Of a stretch of DNA of 64,000 nucleotides, positions 1-13,372 are shown piece after piece. The position numbers were made by a program, and so were the translations under genes. The stretch is from NCBI RefSeq assembly GCF_006345805.1, contig NC_042997.1, positions 107,756,001 to 107,820,000 on the forward strand. Reading direction: 5' to 3'. Origin of the DNA: Octopus sinensis. Taxonomy: Eukaryota. The first letter of the stretch is position 1, and the number at the start of each line of letters is the position of its first letter. The notes below the pieces were generated by a model, which worked only from the letters and a program-made list of their open reading frames with translations, was not told the DNA's origin and did not search any database.

Positions 1-786
1 GGCAAAAACAGGCAATGGAGCCTGCTGTGGCTCCCAGCCATACCAGCTCCTGTCAGATCATGTAACCCATGACAACATAGAAGATTATAAAATGATGGTG
101 GTGATGATAATGATGATAATTAGATCTGAATGAAATTCAACAAAGACAGCAATATTGATAACCTGACCTATTTTAATCTAATAATAGTTTTAGCAATAAA
201 AGTAACTATTTACAACAAAAAAAAAAAACCCAACTAATTTTTAAAATTGTCATGCCAGAAATTTTAATGAGGTCAGAATAGTGTCACCAACACAGTTTCT
301 TTTAATTAGAGAGATTTTATTCATTGGCTATGAGTTTAAAAATGAAAGGTGGGGATCAGAGATAGAGAGACATTGGTGTCTGTCTTTAAAAAGTTTCAAC
401 AGATAAACAAACTCTATACTTGAAAATATTTATTATATATTCACGTAAGAAAAATTCATGTTTAAAGAATTAATAAAGTTTACCATCATCAAAATCATTC
501 CAAATTCTAATGAAAACATGGCTACCCCTGCTTGTCCTAGTCATCCACCTCTCTACCGTCTCAAATAGTCAAGGGAGTTTTCCTTCTTTTCCTTTTTCTC
601 CCCTATTTTGTAAGCTACTCAGCAACTGCACAAGCACTAGTGGCACGAAACAGCTGTTAGAGACTCTATATCTATATTTTCTATCTAAATTGTCTTTTTC
701 AAGTGATGCCAAATGGTTTACCTTTTTTTCATTTTTACTTAATTCTAAAATAATTGTGAATATAGATTTATAAATATAGTTTTCCT

Positions 787-1120
787 CATCATCATACCTC
801 CGTTCTCCATGCTAGCATGGGTTGGACGGTTCGACTGTGGTCTGGGAAGCCAGAAGGCTGCACCAGGCTCTAGTCTGATCTGGCAGCGTTTCTACAGCTG
901 GATGCCCTTCCTAACGCCAACCACTCCGAGAGTGTAGTGGGTGCTTTTTACGTGCCGCCGGCACAGGTGCCAGGTGAGGCTAGCAACGGTCACGATCGGA
1001 TTGGTGCTTTTTACGTGCCACTGGCACGGAAGCCAGTCAAGGCGGCGCTGGCATCGGCCACGTTCGGGTGGTGCTTTTTACGTGCCACTGGCACGGAAGC
1101 CAGTCTAGGCAGCGCTGAAA
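787..1120 (-). mobile_element. RTE 3'-UTR fragment/SINE with CAT tail
   Basis: Matches 3913-4250; three copies of the GTGCC-NNN-GGCAC unit. Confidence 0.8.
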
Positions 1121-1458
1121 ACTATATATGTATGTGTGTGTGGTTTTTGTGACACCGCAAGAAGTTCTTAAATCTATTCAGCAAAGTTTCTAAGTCTCCT
1201 GTAAATTTGAACTGAAAAATTGGTCAAAAAACAATATATATTTATTTACTACCCACAAGGGGCTAAACACAGGGAACAAACAAGTACAGACAAACAGATT
1301 AAGTCGATTACATCGACCCCAGTGCATAACTGGTACTTAATTTATCGACCCTGAAAGGATGAAAGGCAAAGTTGACCTCGGCGGAATTTGAACCCAGAAC
1401 GTAGCGACAGATGAAATACGGCTATGCATTTCGCACGGCGTGCTAACGTTTCTGCTTC

Positions 1459-2035
1459 TGGGTTTGTCTAGCATATACTGTCAGAAATGTGCCTGGCCCT
1501 TATATCCCATTATACCATCTTCAATTGATAGTTGCCTCTTTGTTTTATGATATTTTCGTATCTGCTATAAACATATGGAAGTGATAATTTCAGATCACAT
1601 CATACCTTAGGCCATGCTGTGGTTTTTCCCTGTATGAACTACTTGACTGGCCCTTGTGCCGGTGGCATGTAAAAGCACCCACTACACTCTCGGAGAGGTT
1701 GGTGTTAGGAAGGGTGTCCAGCTGTAGAAATTTTGCTATTTCAGATTGAGCCTGGTGCAGCCTCTGGCTCATCATTTCTCAGTCAAACTGTCCAACCCAT
1801 GCCAACATGGAAAGCGGACGTTAAACAATGATGATGATGCTGCCACCACTGTCGCCACCGCCCGTAATAGTACTCAATACTTAGCTTGCTAATCTCGCAA
1901 ATATTGATACCCTATTTTGTGGGTTTGTCTAGCATATTCTGTCAGAAATGTGCCTGGCCCTTATATCCCATTATGCCATCTTCAATTGATAGTCACCTCT
2001 TTGGTTTATGATATTTTCGTATCTGCTATAAACAT
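1459..2035. repeat. 116-bp direct repeat pair
   Basis: 1459-1574 versus 1920-2035, about 5 mismatches. Confidence 0.9.
1640..1840 (+). mobile_element. RTE 3'-UTR fragment, (ATG)n tail
   Basis: aaaagcacccactacactctcggag...ggaaagcggacgttaaacaatgatgatgat; reverse complement of the 787-1120 family. Confidence 0.8.
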
Positions 2036-3912
2036 TACCAAGAAGGTTCTTAAAGTAAGGATTCATAATTTTCTAGTCCACTTACTGGTGTATTGCCAGT
2101 GTCTTTTATGTGTAAGAACTGACGTGATTTCAAACAATCTTGTCTGTCTCGTAAATACTGGAAGGTTTGTCTGTATTCCAGTAGTTTTCATCTCCATAAA
2201 AATGTTTTGGGCAAAAGTGTCTTAATTTCGTTTAGGCATGTAGCAGACCAGAAATTGTCTTTTGTTTTCCCTTCGTTTGTATTCTGTGTAACAGTTTGGA
2301 ATAACTGAAAAGGAAAAAAAATATTATATATAAAACCATTATTTGCCTTTGATTCATTGGAAAGACTGTAACTGGCTCAAGTCTTGTCTGAAAAATCTTT
2401 TACAAAAAAGAAATACTTTAAAAATCCTTTCCTCATTCTGTTTCTGGTAAAACTTGCTTTTCCTATCGGAACTGTTGTCAGAGTTGTTGCTTTCACATTT
2501 GGAATCAAAATTTCTGGTTCTCCATTGCAGGTGGCTATATTTGTTGCATATTGGTTTTACCCCCCCCCCCCCGCGAAAAATCCAAATCAGTATCTCTTCT
2601 TTTGAGTGAACTGGTGTCTATTTTTCTTTTCCAGTTGTGATGGGGTAAAAATATCTGAAAAATTAATAAATCTGTTAATTGCATATCTTGTTGGAGTTGC
2701 ATGTTTCAATGAGTGGAGCAGCAAGATTTTGTGTTGAGATTCTCATTTTAGATCGAGACAGGGTCATTTTAGCTGGTTTCCTATTTCAAGTCGTTTTCAT
2801 TGATCAGCGAGGAAATTGTTCTGATTGCACTGAGGTTCACTGAAATTATATAACTCTATGTTAGTTGTAATTGAGCTGATCTATGATCAAAGACATTCCA
2901 GTTGTGACTATCCCATCTTTTATTCGGATTTAACTATCTAATGTGGTCCAATATATTTTGAGGGAGATTTGGCTACTTTTTCTATTTAGGTTGAGTGATG
3001 TGTGTCACCCACAGAGACAATATGATCTGAATAAACATTTTACGTCCTTCGTTTGTCTGATTTAGTTGACTTCTTTCTGGCAATAAAATGCCATCACAGT
3101 GGCAAGGCTTTATCTTTCAGAAATATCTTTTAACCGTCAATTAGGTTGGATTAAGACCATTTCTTGGATTCAATTTGTATTTTTATTAATTTCTTTCTTA
3201 ACTCAGAAACTGAAAGTTGTGAGTTATATAAAAGCACTTGTCATCATCGTCGTCGTCACACCACTGAAATTAGCAAGCATTCTTTTCCTCCTTTGACCTA
3301 TTTTATTTCCAGTTAAACATTTTTTTCTTTTCTAATAATTTCTTTTAATTCCCACTTGATAAATTTATGGCATTTTTCAAAACATATTTACAACTATGCA
3401 TGTGTGTTTGGGTTCATAATTATTTTACTGGCCACTTTTCCATGCTGACATGGGTTGGACAAAACTTAATGAGACAATTTTTTCTTTCTATAGTCCCATG
3501 CTCTTCTTGTCACAAATCTTGTTTCCAAATAAAACATTGTTTCTTCTAGTCCTATTCAGACCTGTTAGTGGCCTTATATTTGTCTTGTTTGTTGTAATCC
3601 ATGTATATATTAACAAGAGTTGTCTTTCTGCTCCAAATTTTTTCCCACATGTCTGTTATATTTTGAATATTGTAATACATAGTGTTTAGTTGTCTATAAA
3701 TCCATACAGTAATTATATATATTACGTGATAGTGACCCTGCTCTGCTGCTGTTTATATCTGGTTTTTGTAGCATTTAAACAACTTGCTACCCCATCTTAC
3801 TGACCTTTTGGCCTCATGACAATTTGTCTTATTAATTTTACATAGTTCTTGCTACAAAACAAGATTTGAGGTTAATTTTCTGTGAATATTTTTCTTTTAT
3901 CTCCTCTGCTAC

Positions 3913-6767
3913 ATCATCATCATCATCATCATCATTTAGCGTCCGTTTTCCATGCTAGCATGGGTTGGACGGTTCTACTGGGGTCTGTGAAGCCAGAAGG
4001 CTTCATCAGGCCCAGTCAAATCTGGCAGTGTTTCTACGGCTGGATGCCCTTCCTAACACCAACCACTCCGTGAGTGTAGTGGGTGCTTTTTACGTGCCAC
4101 CCGCACTGGTGCCAGACAGAGCTGGCAAACGGCCACGAACGGATGGTGCTTTTTATGTGCCACCGGCACGAGGGCCAGGCGAGGCTGGCAACGGACACGA
4201 AACGGGGCGGTGCTGGCAACGGTCGCGAAACGGAAAGTTCTCTTACATGCCACCGGCACTGGTAACACATCTGCAATTTCCATTGATCGATTTCCATTGA
4301 TCGATTTCGATTCTGATCCTCACTTGCCTCAATGGGTCTTCACAAGCAGAGTTTCGACATGCCACCGGCACTGGTAGCACATCCGCAATTTCCATTGATC
4401 GATTTCGATTCTGATCCTCACTTGCCTCAACACGTCTTCACAAGTAGAGTTTTGTGTCCCAAGAAGGGAAGGTATGCATACGTAGGCTGGCTCCATCCCA
4501 TGTAGAAGGCCACGGGTTGTGGACTCACTTGTCCTGCCGGGTCTTCTCGCGCACAGCACACTTCCAGAGGTCTCGGTCTCTAGTCATTTCCTCAGTGAGA
4601 CCTAAAGTTCGAAGGTCGTGCTTCACCACCTCGTCCCAGGTTTTCCTGGGTCTGCCTCTTCCACAGGTTCCCTCAACCGCTAGGGTGTGGCACTTTTTCA
4701 CACAACTATCTTCATCCATTCTCGCCACATGACCATACCAGCGCAAACGTCTCTCTTGCACACCACAACTGATGCTTCTTAGGTCCAGCTTTTCTCTCAA
4801 GGTACTTACACTCTGCCGAGTGTGAGTACCGGCATTACACATCCATCGGAGCATACTGGCTTCATTTCTAGCGAGCTTACGCATATCCTCAGCAGTCACG
4901 GCCCATGTTTCACTGCCATGTAGCATGGCTGTTCGTACACACGCATCATACAGTCTGCCTTTCACTCTGTGCGAGAGGCCTTTTGTCACCAGCAGAGGTA
5001 AGAGCTCTCTGAACTTTGCCCAAGCTATTCTTACTCTAGCAGTTACACTTTCAGCACACCCACCCCCGCTGCTGACTTGGTCACCTAGGTAACGGAAACT
5101 ATCAACTATTTCTAGTTTTTCTCCCTGGAAAGTGACGGAAGTTGGTCTCAGAGCATTTTCAGTGTTTATTGAGCATCTGCCACATACAAAAACCATCTTC
5201 CTAGTTAGCCTTCCTTTGACATTGCTGCATCTCTTATGTGTCCATAGCTTACACTTGGTGCATCTTATAGAGTTTCTACCTACACCTTTTCTACAGATCG
5301 AGCAGGGCCATCTACCTGAAGGTGTTTGTGATTTGTCTACCTTCCTACTGATTACGACTTTGGTTTTAGCTAGATTGACTCTGAGGCCCTTCGATTCTAA
5401 TCCTTGTTTCCACACCTGAAACTTCTCCTCCAGTTCTGATAGCGACTCAGCAATTAGAGCAAGGTCATCAGCATAGAGGAGCTCCCAAGGGCATCCTGTC
5501 TTGAATTCCTCCGTTATTGCCTGGAGGACTATGATAAATAGGAGGGGGCTGAGTACTGAGCCTTGGTGGACCCCTACCTCTACCCGGAATTCTTCACTGT
5601 ACTCATTTCCAACCCTCACCCTACTAGCGGCGTCCCTATACATGGCCCGCACAGCTCTCACTAACCATTCATCTATCCCTAGTTTTCTCATTGCCCACCA
5701 GATAAGGGATCGGGGGACCCTGTCGAAGGCTTTCTCCATGTCAACAAAAGCCAGGTACAGGGGCTTATCTTTGGCTAGGTATTTCTCCTGCAGCTGCCTT
5801 ACCAGGAATATAGCATCAGTAGTACTTTTCCCTGGCACAAACCCAAACTGCATCTCATCTAAACTAACTCTCTCTCTAATTAGTTGGGCTATGACCCTCT
5901 CCGTAACCTTCATCACCTGGTCCAACAGCTTGATACCTCTGTAGTTATTTGTATCTAGGGCATCACCTTTACCTTTGTAGCAGTTGACTATTATACTGCT
6001 ACACCAGTCATTGGGTATGACCCCTTTGTGTATCACCTGATTAACTATATGGGTGACTAGGCTATAGCCGACACTACCAGACATTTTGAGCATCTCTGCA
6101 GTGATTCCTGATGGGCCTGGGGCTTTCCCTGTCTTCATGCTTCTAATTGCCTTAGCTACCACAGAACTATCAACTCGGATAGCTGGTCCCTCTGTTGGGT
6201 CAACATTCGGCAGACTCTCTTTATCCCATTCATTTTCTTCATTCAGCAACCTTTCATAGTGGCATCTCCAAACCTCTCTCTTCGCATCCTCATTTAGCGC
6301 AAGTGAACCATCTTCCATGCGAACACACTTCTCTCCTACCACATCACGATTCTCTCTCAAACACTGTCTTGCAACACGAAACACCTCCAGTCTTTGGTCC
6401 TCACGGCGCAGAACATTGGCAAATTTTTTCTTATCTGCTTCCCCTCTGGCTAAATAAACCTGTCTCCTAGCTTCTCTTTTGGCAGTCTGATACAATTCCC
6501 TGCTACCCCCATTTTTCCAGACCTTCCAAGCCTGTCTCTTTTCTCTAATAGCCCTGTCTACAATATTGTTCCACCACCACGTTATTCTAGGTCGAGAGGG
6601 GACTTTGCACCAGCCACAGATCTGGTCAGTGGCTCTCAGCAGGTTGTCCCTTAGAAACGTCCAGCTGTCTTCTACCCCCTGTGATGCTCTATCCCCTTCT
6701 ACTTCGTCAGAGGCTTCAAGTAATATGTCCCTAAATCTCTGTCCATTTGCAGGATCTTTAAGCTTCC
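3913..6767 (-). mobile_element. 5'-truncated RTE-clade LINE with uninterrupted RT frame and (ATG)n tail
   Basis: ORF 4525-6495 (YADD motif, QGSVLSP, zinc-finger-like CSICRK..CTKC); the frame stays open upstream to ~6770; 3' UTR 4524-3935; (CAT)7 tail at 3913. Confidence 0.92.
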
Positions 6768-6872
6768 TAATTTCTTATCAACTGCTCTTTCCATTTTATT
6801 TTATTTGGGAGTATTTTTATGATTAAACTTTATTTAGCGGCAGATGACTCCTCACCTTCATTCATGATGTTT

Positions 6873-9003
6873 ATCATCATCATCGTTTAACATCCGCTTT
6901 CCATACTGGCATGAGTTGGACAGTTTAATTGAGGGCTGGTGAGCCAGAAGGCTGCACCAGACTCCAATCTGATCTAGCAAAGTTTCTACAGCTGGATGCC
7001 CTTCCTAATGCCAATCATTCCAAGAGTGTAATGGGTGCTATTTATGTGCCACCGCTATGAGGGCCAGTCAGGCGGTATTGGCATCAACCACGCTCAAATG
7101 GTGCTTTTTATGCGCCACTGGCACCGGAGCCAGTCAGGCAGTACTGGCAACAGCCACATTTGAATGGTGATTTTTTTTTATGTGCCACTGGTACAGGATC
7201 CAGTCAGGCGATGCTGGTGACAATCAAGCTTGAATGGTGCTATTAACGTGCCACTGGCATGGGTGCCAATCAGGTGGTACTGTCATCGGCCATGACAACA
7301 ATTTTACTTGCCTTAGCAACTTTTTGCAAGCGCAGTTTATTGCCCAATGATTGAAGGGTGCTCTTAAATGGGCTGGTTATGCAACACTGACATAGGCCAC
7401 GGTTATGGTCTCACTTGGCTTGCTGAGTCTTCTTAAGTACAGCATATCTCCAAAGACCTCAGTCACTTGTCATTGCCCCTGTGAGGTCCAGTGTTCGAAG
7501 GTTGTGCTTCACCACCTCATTGGGTCTACCTCTTCCACAGGTTCCCTCAACTGCTAGGGTGTGACACTTTTTCATACAGCTGTCCACATCCATTTGCAAC
7601 ACATGACCATACCAGCGCAGTCGTCTCTCTTGCACACCACATCTGATGCTTCTTAAGTTCAACTTTTCTCTTGGGGCACTGTCGAGTATGCACACTGGCA
7701 TTACACATCCAGTGGAGCATACTAGCTTCATTCCTTGTCAGCTTACACGTGTATGTAGCATGACTGTTCACACACATGCGTTAAGAGCTCTCTGAACTTT
7801 GCCCAGGCTATCCTTACTCTAGCAGCTACACTTTCAGAGCATCCACTCCTGCTACTGACTTGGTCCCCTAGGTACTGGAAGCTATCAACTACTTGTATTT
7901 TTTCTCCTTGGAATGTGATGGAAGCTGTTCTCTGCACATTTTCAGTGTCTATTGCTCCTGAGCATTTGCCACATACAAAAACTATCTTCCCAGTTAGCCT
8001 TCCTTTGATATTGCTGCATCTTTTATGTGTCCATAGCTTACACTGGGTACATTTTATAGAGTTTCTACCTACGCCTTTTCAAAAATCGAGCAGGGCCAAA
8101 TACCTGAAGGGATTTGTGGTTTGTCTGCCTGCCTACTTATTAAGACTTTGGTTTTTGCTAGGTTAACTCTAAGGCCTTTCAATTCTAGACCTTGCTACCA
8201 CACCTGAAACTTCTCCTCTAGTTCTGATAGTGACTCAGCAATTACAACAGGGTCATCAGCATAGAGAAGTTCCCAGGGGCAGCCTGTCTTGAATTCATTC
8301 CTCTGTTATTGCCTGGAGGACTATGATGAATAAGAAGGGGGCTGAGGACTGATCCTTGGTGGATCCCTACTCCTACCCAAAATTCTTCACTGTACTTGTT
8401 GCCAACCCTCACCTTACTGACAGCATCCCTGTACATGGCTTGTACAGCTTTCACTAACCATTCATCTATCCCTAGTTTCTGCAGTGACCACCAGAAAAGG
8501 TATCTGGGGACCCTATCAAAGGCTTTCTTTATATCAATGAGAACCAAGTACAGAAGCTTATCTTTGGCTAGGTATTTCTCCCGTAGCTGTCTTACCAGGA
8601 ATATAGCATCAGTGGTGCTTTTCCCTGGCACAAACCCAAACTGCATCTCATCTAGACTGACTCTCTCCCTAATTAGTCGGGCTATGACCCTCTCTGTGAT
8701 TTTCATTACTTGATCCAATAACTTGACACCTGTAATTAAGTGGATCTAATTGCATCACCTTTACCTTTGTAGCAGTTGACTATGGTGCTGCTACACCAGT
8801 CATTGGGCATGACTCCTTCATGTATCTTATCACCTGGTTGACTATACAGGTGACTAGACTATAGCTAACACCGCCAGATATTTTAAGCATCTCTGTTGTG
8901 ATTCCTGATGAGCCGGGGGCTTTCCCTATCTTCATACCCTTAATTGCTTTATCTACCAAGGTACTGTCAATTCTGATAGCTGGTCTCTCTGTTGCGTCGA
9001 CAT
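6873..9003 (-). mobile_element. Degraded 5'-truncated RTE LINE, same family
   Basis: Frameshifted fragments (8242-8718, 7743-7937, 7459-7731) closely resemble the 4525-6495 protein; same 3' UTR and CAT tail. Confidence 0.9.
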
Positions 9004-10006
9004 GTTGTTAATCCTAAACAATGGTTAGATTGTTAAACCTGATCAGGCAGACTTATGGTCAAAGTTAATCCAGCCATGACTGCCTCATCTTATAGTGTAT
9101 CTAGGACTACAATGTTTTTTTCTAGTGTTTTAGGTGACGTTTTGTTGGTAATGGTGTAATAGATAGCTAAAGACATCCAAATGAACTTTATTGGTTCCTC
9201 TATTGATGGAATATAGATTTGTTAGAAACTGGGTGTGTCTTAGCTCCAGCAGTAGATGAGGCAAGTTTGGAGTCAGTTAGGTTTGCAAGGTGAATATTGA
9301 TAATATTAAAATGTTTTGTTGGTCATGTACCGAGGTGGGATCTCTAAATATTTGGATTGGTGATTCAGTCAGTTCCAACATATTGGTTGTTTGGTTGGTA
9401 GTTTCACAACAGTAGTAACATTCTGTCCCAAATAAATGCCTACTTTGTCCATTTTTGTGGTTTATTCAAAAAATGAAGGGGGAACAGTAATATTGATGGT
9501 GAAGTGGAAATGGAAGCCAGAAGTTGAGGTGGTTCTTTTAGCAATCAGAAATCAACACTTCAACATATTGTTTGACTACAGATTAATAGCACATTGAACT
9601 ACGTAACCAAGGTAGCTAAGGGCCAGTTGATGTCAGTCATTGTATTTTAGTTGAGTAGTGAGACTTTGAACCTAGGAGTAATGGGTTTCTGGTTTCCTTT
9701 TTATTTGACTCTGCCAGAGTAATGACTATGGTCTCCTCTTTTCACAGTTAGTCAAAACGAATTCAAATCTTTAAATTATAGAAACAAATTAATAGAAAAA
9801 TTTGGGCTTGAGGCCAGCAATTTTGAGGGTTTGGGGTTAGTCATGACTATTGACCTCAGCACTAGACTGGTACTTTATTATATTAACCCTGCAGTAACAA
9901 AAGACAAAGTTGACCTCCGCTGGATTTGGACACAGAACTTGTCAGAGAAAGCTCTGCAAAGCATTTTGTTTTCCAACATTCTTATGGTTCTGCCTGCTCA
10001 CCACTA

Positions 10007-10208
10007 CACTTTAGCATTTAAACTGACCATATCCTGTTTTACTTTCAAACTGACTAGATCCAGCCTCTCACACCTATCTACAATGTCATTCTAAAAATAA
10101 GCAGTCACATCATTGAAATTTTGGAGTTAGAGAATAATGCCTGATTAATTCAAAGCAATGTGAATGAATAAGCATTGCATTTGACAGTGAGGTCTAAATG
10201 CTAAAGGG
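10007..10208. mobile_element. Second TTAA MITE family (TIR CCCTTTAGCATTTA)
   Basis: ctttagcatttaaactg...ctaaatgctaaaggg|TTAA; homologous copies at 18840-19058 and (truncated) 19402-19545. Confidence 0.7.
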
Positions 10209-11171
10209 TTAAGAGACCTGTATGGAAATAACAATATATGTTAAGGCAACTCTCTCTTCAAAACCTCTTTTATTGTTTATTCAAAGAGGAAAAGGAAAGA
10301 TTTTAAAGACATCTCTAAACTGCTGAGGGAAAGCAATCATTGGTGATAATAAAACAGATATTCAATGGCCTCTAACAGAGGCACAAGGCCTGAGATTGTA
10401 TTAAGGTGATTGGGAGATTAATAATAATAATAGTCTGAAGAGTTGAACAATGTTGCCTAACACTTGTACCTCTCACAACTGTTGTTTATACGAGGAACAT
10501 TGAAATATATTTTATATTTTTGGATATTGGAATGCCTGGCCATTACTGTTTTCAGCATTTTTCAAGCCGTGTGAAAATTGAGAGGAGTAATTACAATTAA
10601 GATTTCATTTTAGTTGTCATTCAAGTTTTATGTTTAAAGAAAATTACTAAGAAATAATAGATTGTTGCTGTTGAAATATTTGCAGCTCTTTGGTAGGACA
10701 ACTAGTAAAACCATGAGCATTTGTATGAACTGAGTAAATATTTTTAATGTTAATCATCATCATCATAATCTTTTAATGTCTGCTTTACATACTGGCATGG
10801 GTTGGACAGTTTGACTGAGAACTGGCAACTCTGAAGGCTTTACCAAGCTCCAATCTGATCTGGCAAGATTTCTACAGCTGGATGCCCTTCCTAATGCGAA
10901 CCACTCCGAGAGCGTAGTGGATGCTTTTTACGTGCCACATATTCCAAGCTGCTGACTTTTAAAATTATTCTTATTTTTCTGTACTTACTAATTTTTATTT
11001 TCACTTGAATTTTCTCTGGATACCTAGTTCTAATATGGAAATTGCTGTTTCAATGCCCTTTTGACACTCCACACCCTCAACTCAATTTTGATTTTTAATT
11101 TTCATGTTAAAAGAAAAAAATATTTGTTCAGTGAAATTGAAATTTTGCTTTGTACTGATTTTCTTTTGTAG

Positions 11172-11275
11172 GAATTGGTATGGACTCGAGTGTGACACCC
11201 CTGCGGCACGGTGGGCTCTCATTGGTACAAACAACGGACTTTTTCTATCCCCTTGTAGATGACCCTTACATGATG
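11172..11275 (+). CDS. SPS2: Selenophosphate synthetase (SelD/SPS), first coding exon visible in window
   Basis: tag|GA ATT GGT ATG...; translates (G)[34 protein letters not shown], matching the SPS family; ends ATG|gtaag. 104 bp. Confidence 0.95.
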
Positions 11276-12233
11276 GTAAGTAGTCCTTCAGATATTTTTA
11301 GCCATGGGGAACAAAAACGTTACTCTAAACATGTTAATCTGTCTCACTTGTCAAGTCTTTTGTACCCAAAGGTTTTTAAGAAGACTGGGACCATAAACAG
11401 CTCATGGCTAAACACTTCTTAATATTCCAATTTTATCTAAGGTGGCAAGCTCACAGAATTGTTAGCATGCCAGGCAAAATGTTTAGAGGCATTTAGTCAG
11501 TCTTTGCTTTTCATCCTTTCAAGAGGTCAATAAAATAAGGACCAGTTGCATGGGAGATGCATTCAGTTTAACCCCCAGCACCCACTCCCTGCCATTCTCT
11601 GAACTTGCATGCTTTGTGCCAGAATTTGAAATCCATATTTCAGTTTTATCCAAATCAACGTTTTAAGTAATAAATATAAGAATAAGATAATGTAAAAATA
11701 TTATTTTGCTACCTTGAGATTTATGTGATAATTTATTTTAGAAAATTGTAATGTAAACAGGAATTAGTAAAATAAAGAAAAAAAAAGCTGTTTAAAAAAA
11801 TCAAGGAGATCCAATAGATAAGGAATTCAAATATTTGGTGAGAGGGGTGGATTAAAAATTAACGAGTATTGGGAAAATTAGCCATAAGAGTGTTGGAAAA
11901 CAATTTGTTTTTGCTCACTGTTGTCTGCATTTAGTATGTTGTTCAAGCAGAAGGCGCTCATTAGATATATGTCATTAATAACCTAATTAGTGAATTAACT
12001 CTAAATTCTTTCTGTGGTTCATTGAAGAGACGTTTATCACTGTAAAGTACTTATTCCTTCAGCCCATAGTGTCATTTAATCAATCTAAAGAAAATTCAGA
12101 GTACCCCATTGCTTCCCTTTTTTGTTTTGGTAGTGGCGGTGGTGGGATCCTAAGGTTTAATTAATCTGCACTTTGCTCTCTGTCCTTCATGCAGGTATTG
12201 CTAGGCAAAGTTCTAGTGGCTACATCAGTTTAG

Positions 12234-13372
12234 CCCTTTCAATACTATATTTCTGACCAAAATACACCCCTTATGTGTTTCAATTAATTTCTAACATAAT
12301 CATAAATTTAGTCTGGTTTCATTAAACAGCTATAACTTTTTTATTTATCGATATTTTAATGTGATTTTTGGAAGATAATTTAATGAAAGGTTTTCAACCA
12401 ATTCTATACCATAATTTTTGTCACAAAGTGACTCTCATTGCAGGTAGATACAGGTAAATACAGGTAAATTCAACAAAGTATCATCATCATCGTTTAGCGT
12501 CCGTTTTCCATGCTAGCATGGGTTGAAAATTCAAATTTTTGTTCAAACATCGCTATAGAAAATGGGTTATTAGCTAATATTCAATTGGGTATACAACAAA
12601 ATTTTACTATAGAATTTGTTATTCTGGGTAACTTTCTGATACCCATAATAATATTTATGGCAAAATAGGCCTTAATTTCATTTAAGGTTGTGGGAAACCA
12701 CAAACTATCCTTTCTTTCGCTTTGTTTACATTTAGCGTAATGATTCGTTTCTGCCGTAATGATTTCAAATAGGCTCATTTGAAAAAGTAAAAAAAAATAG
12801 TCTACGTGCTTTACTCTCCTGGGAAAGACTGTGGCTTGGTCCAGTTTCTTCAGAAAAATCACTGGAAGAAACAGTTTTTAAATTTTCACTCCATTCAGGT
12901 GCCAATTCATTTTCTTTATCGCTGTCGGAGCTCTCGGATTCACTGCTTTCACTTTCGGAAAATGAAACATCGGATTCATTATCAAATACCACATGCTTTT
13001 TTTTTTTTTCAGTCATAGTTAGATTTATCAAGGTCTTCAGTAGGAAATCCTTCGAATTCTGACTCACTGCTTGATAGAATGAAATTCATATCCATTTTTT
13101 GTCAGAGTTACAAATTTTGAAAACACAATAGGAACAAATTTGGAAAAAAATCTCCCAAAATTCACGGAATTAAAATTACGCGTCGATCGTCGTACAAAAC
13201 TGTAGATGAACTGTTTACAAAGTATAATCACGTGTTTTCACGAATGTACTAATGAGATTTGCTCTGATATTCTCATTTAAATATGAATAGGTAATTATGG
13301 GCAGTTTTGGGCGGCTTGGTCACATGAACCAAAATTTATTTCAGGTGGCTTTGGGCGGTTTGGTAACGAAAG
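12234..13372 (-). mobile_element. piggyBac-like internal deletion derivative (transposase N-terminal remnant)
   Basis: Ends CCCTTTC...GGTAACGAAAG, left flank TTAG (decayed TTAA); remnants EIITAETNHYAK..W.PTTLNEIKAYFAINIIMGIRKLPRI and an acidic Ser-rich N-terminus typical of PGBD transposases. Confidence 0.8.

Noticed and set aside
1-11171. Search for the SPS N-terminal exon (RLT..KG-U-GCKVP)
   Set aside because: Not found by eye on the + strand; it is presumed upstream of the window, but a short exon could have been missed.
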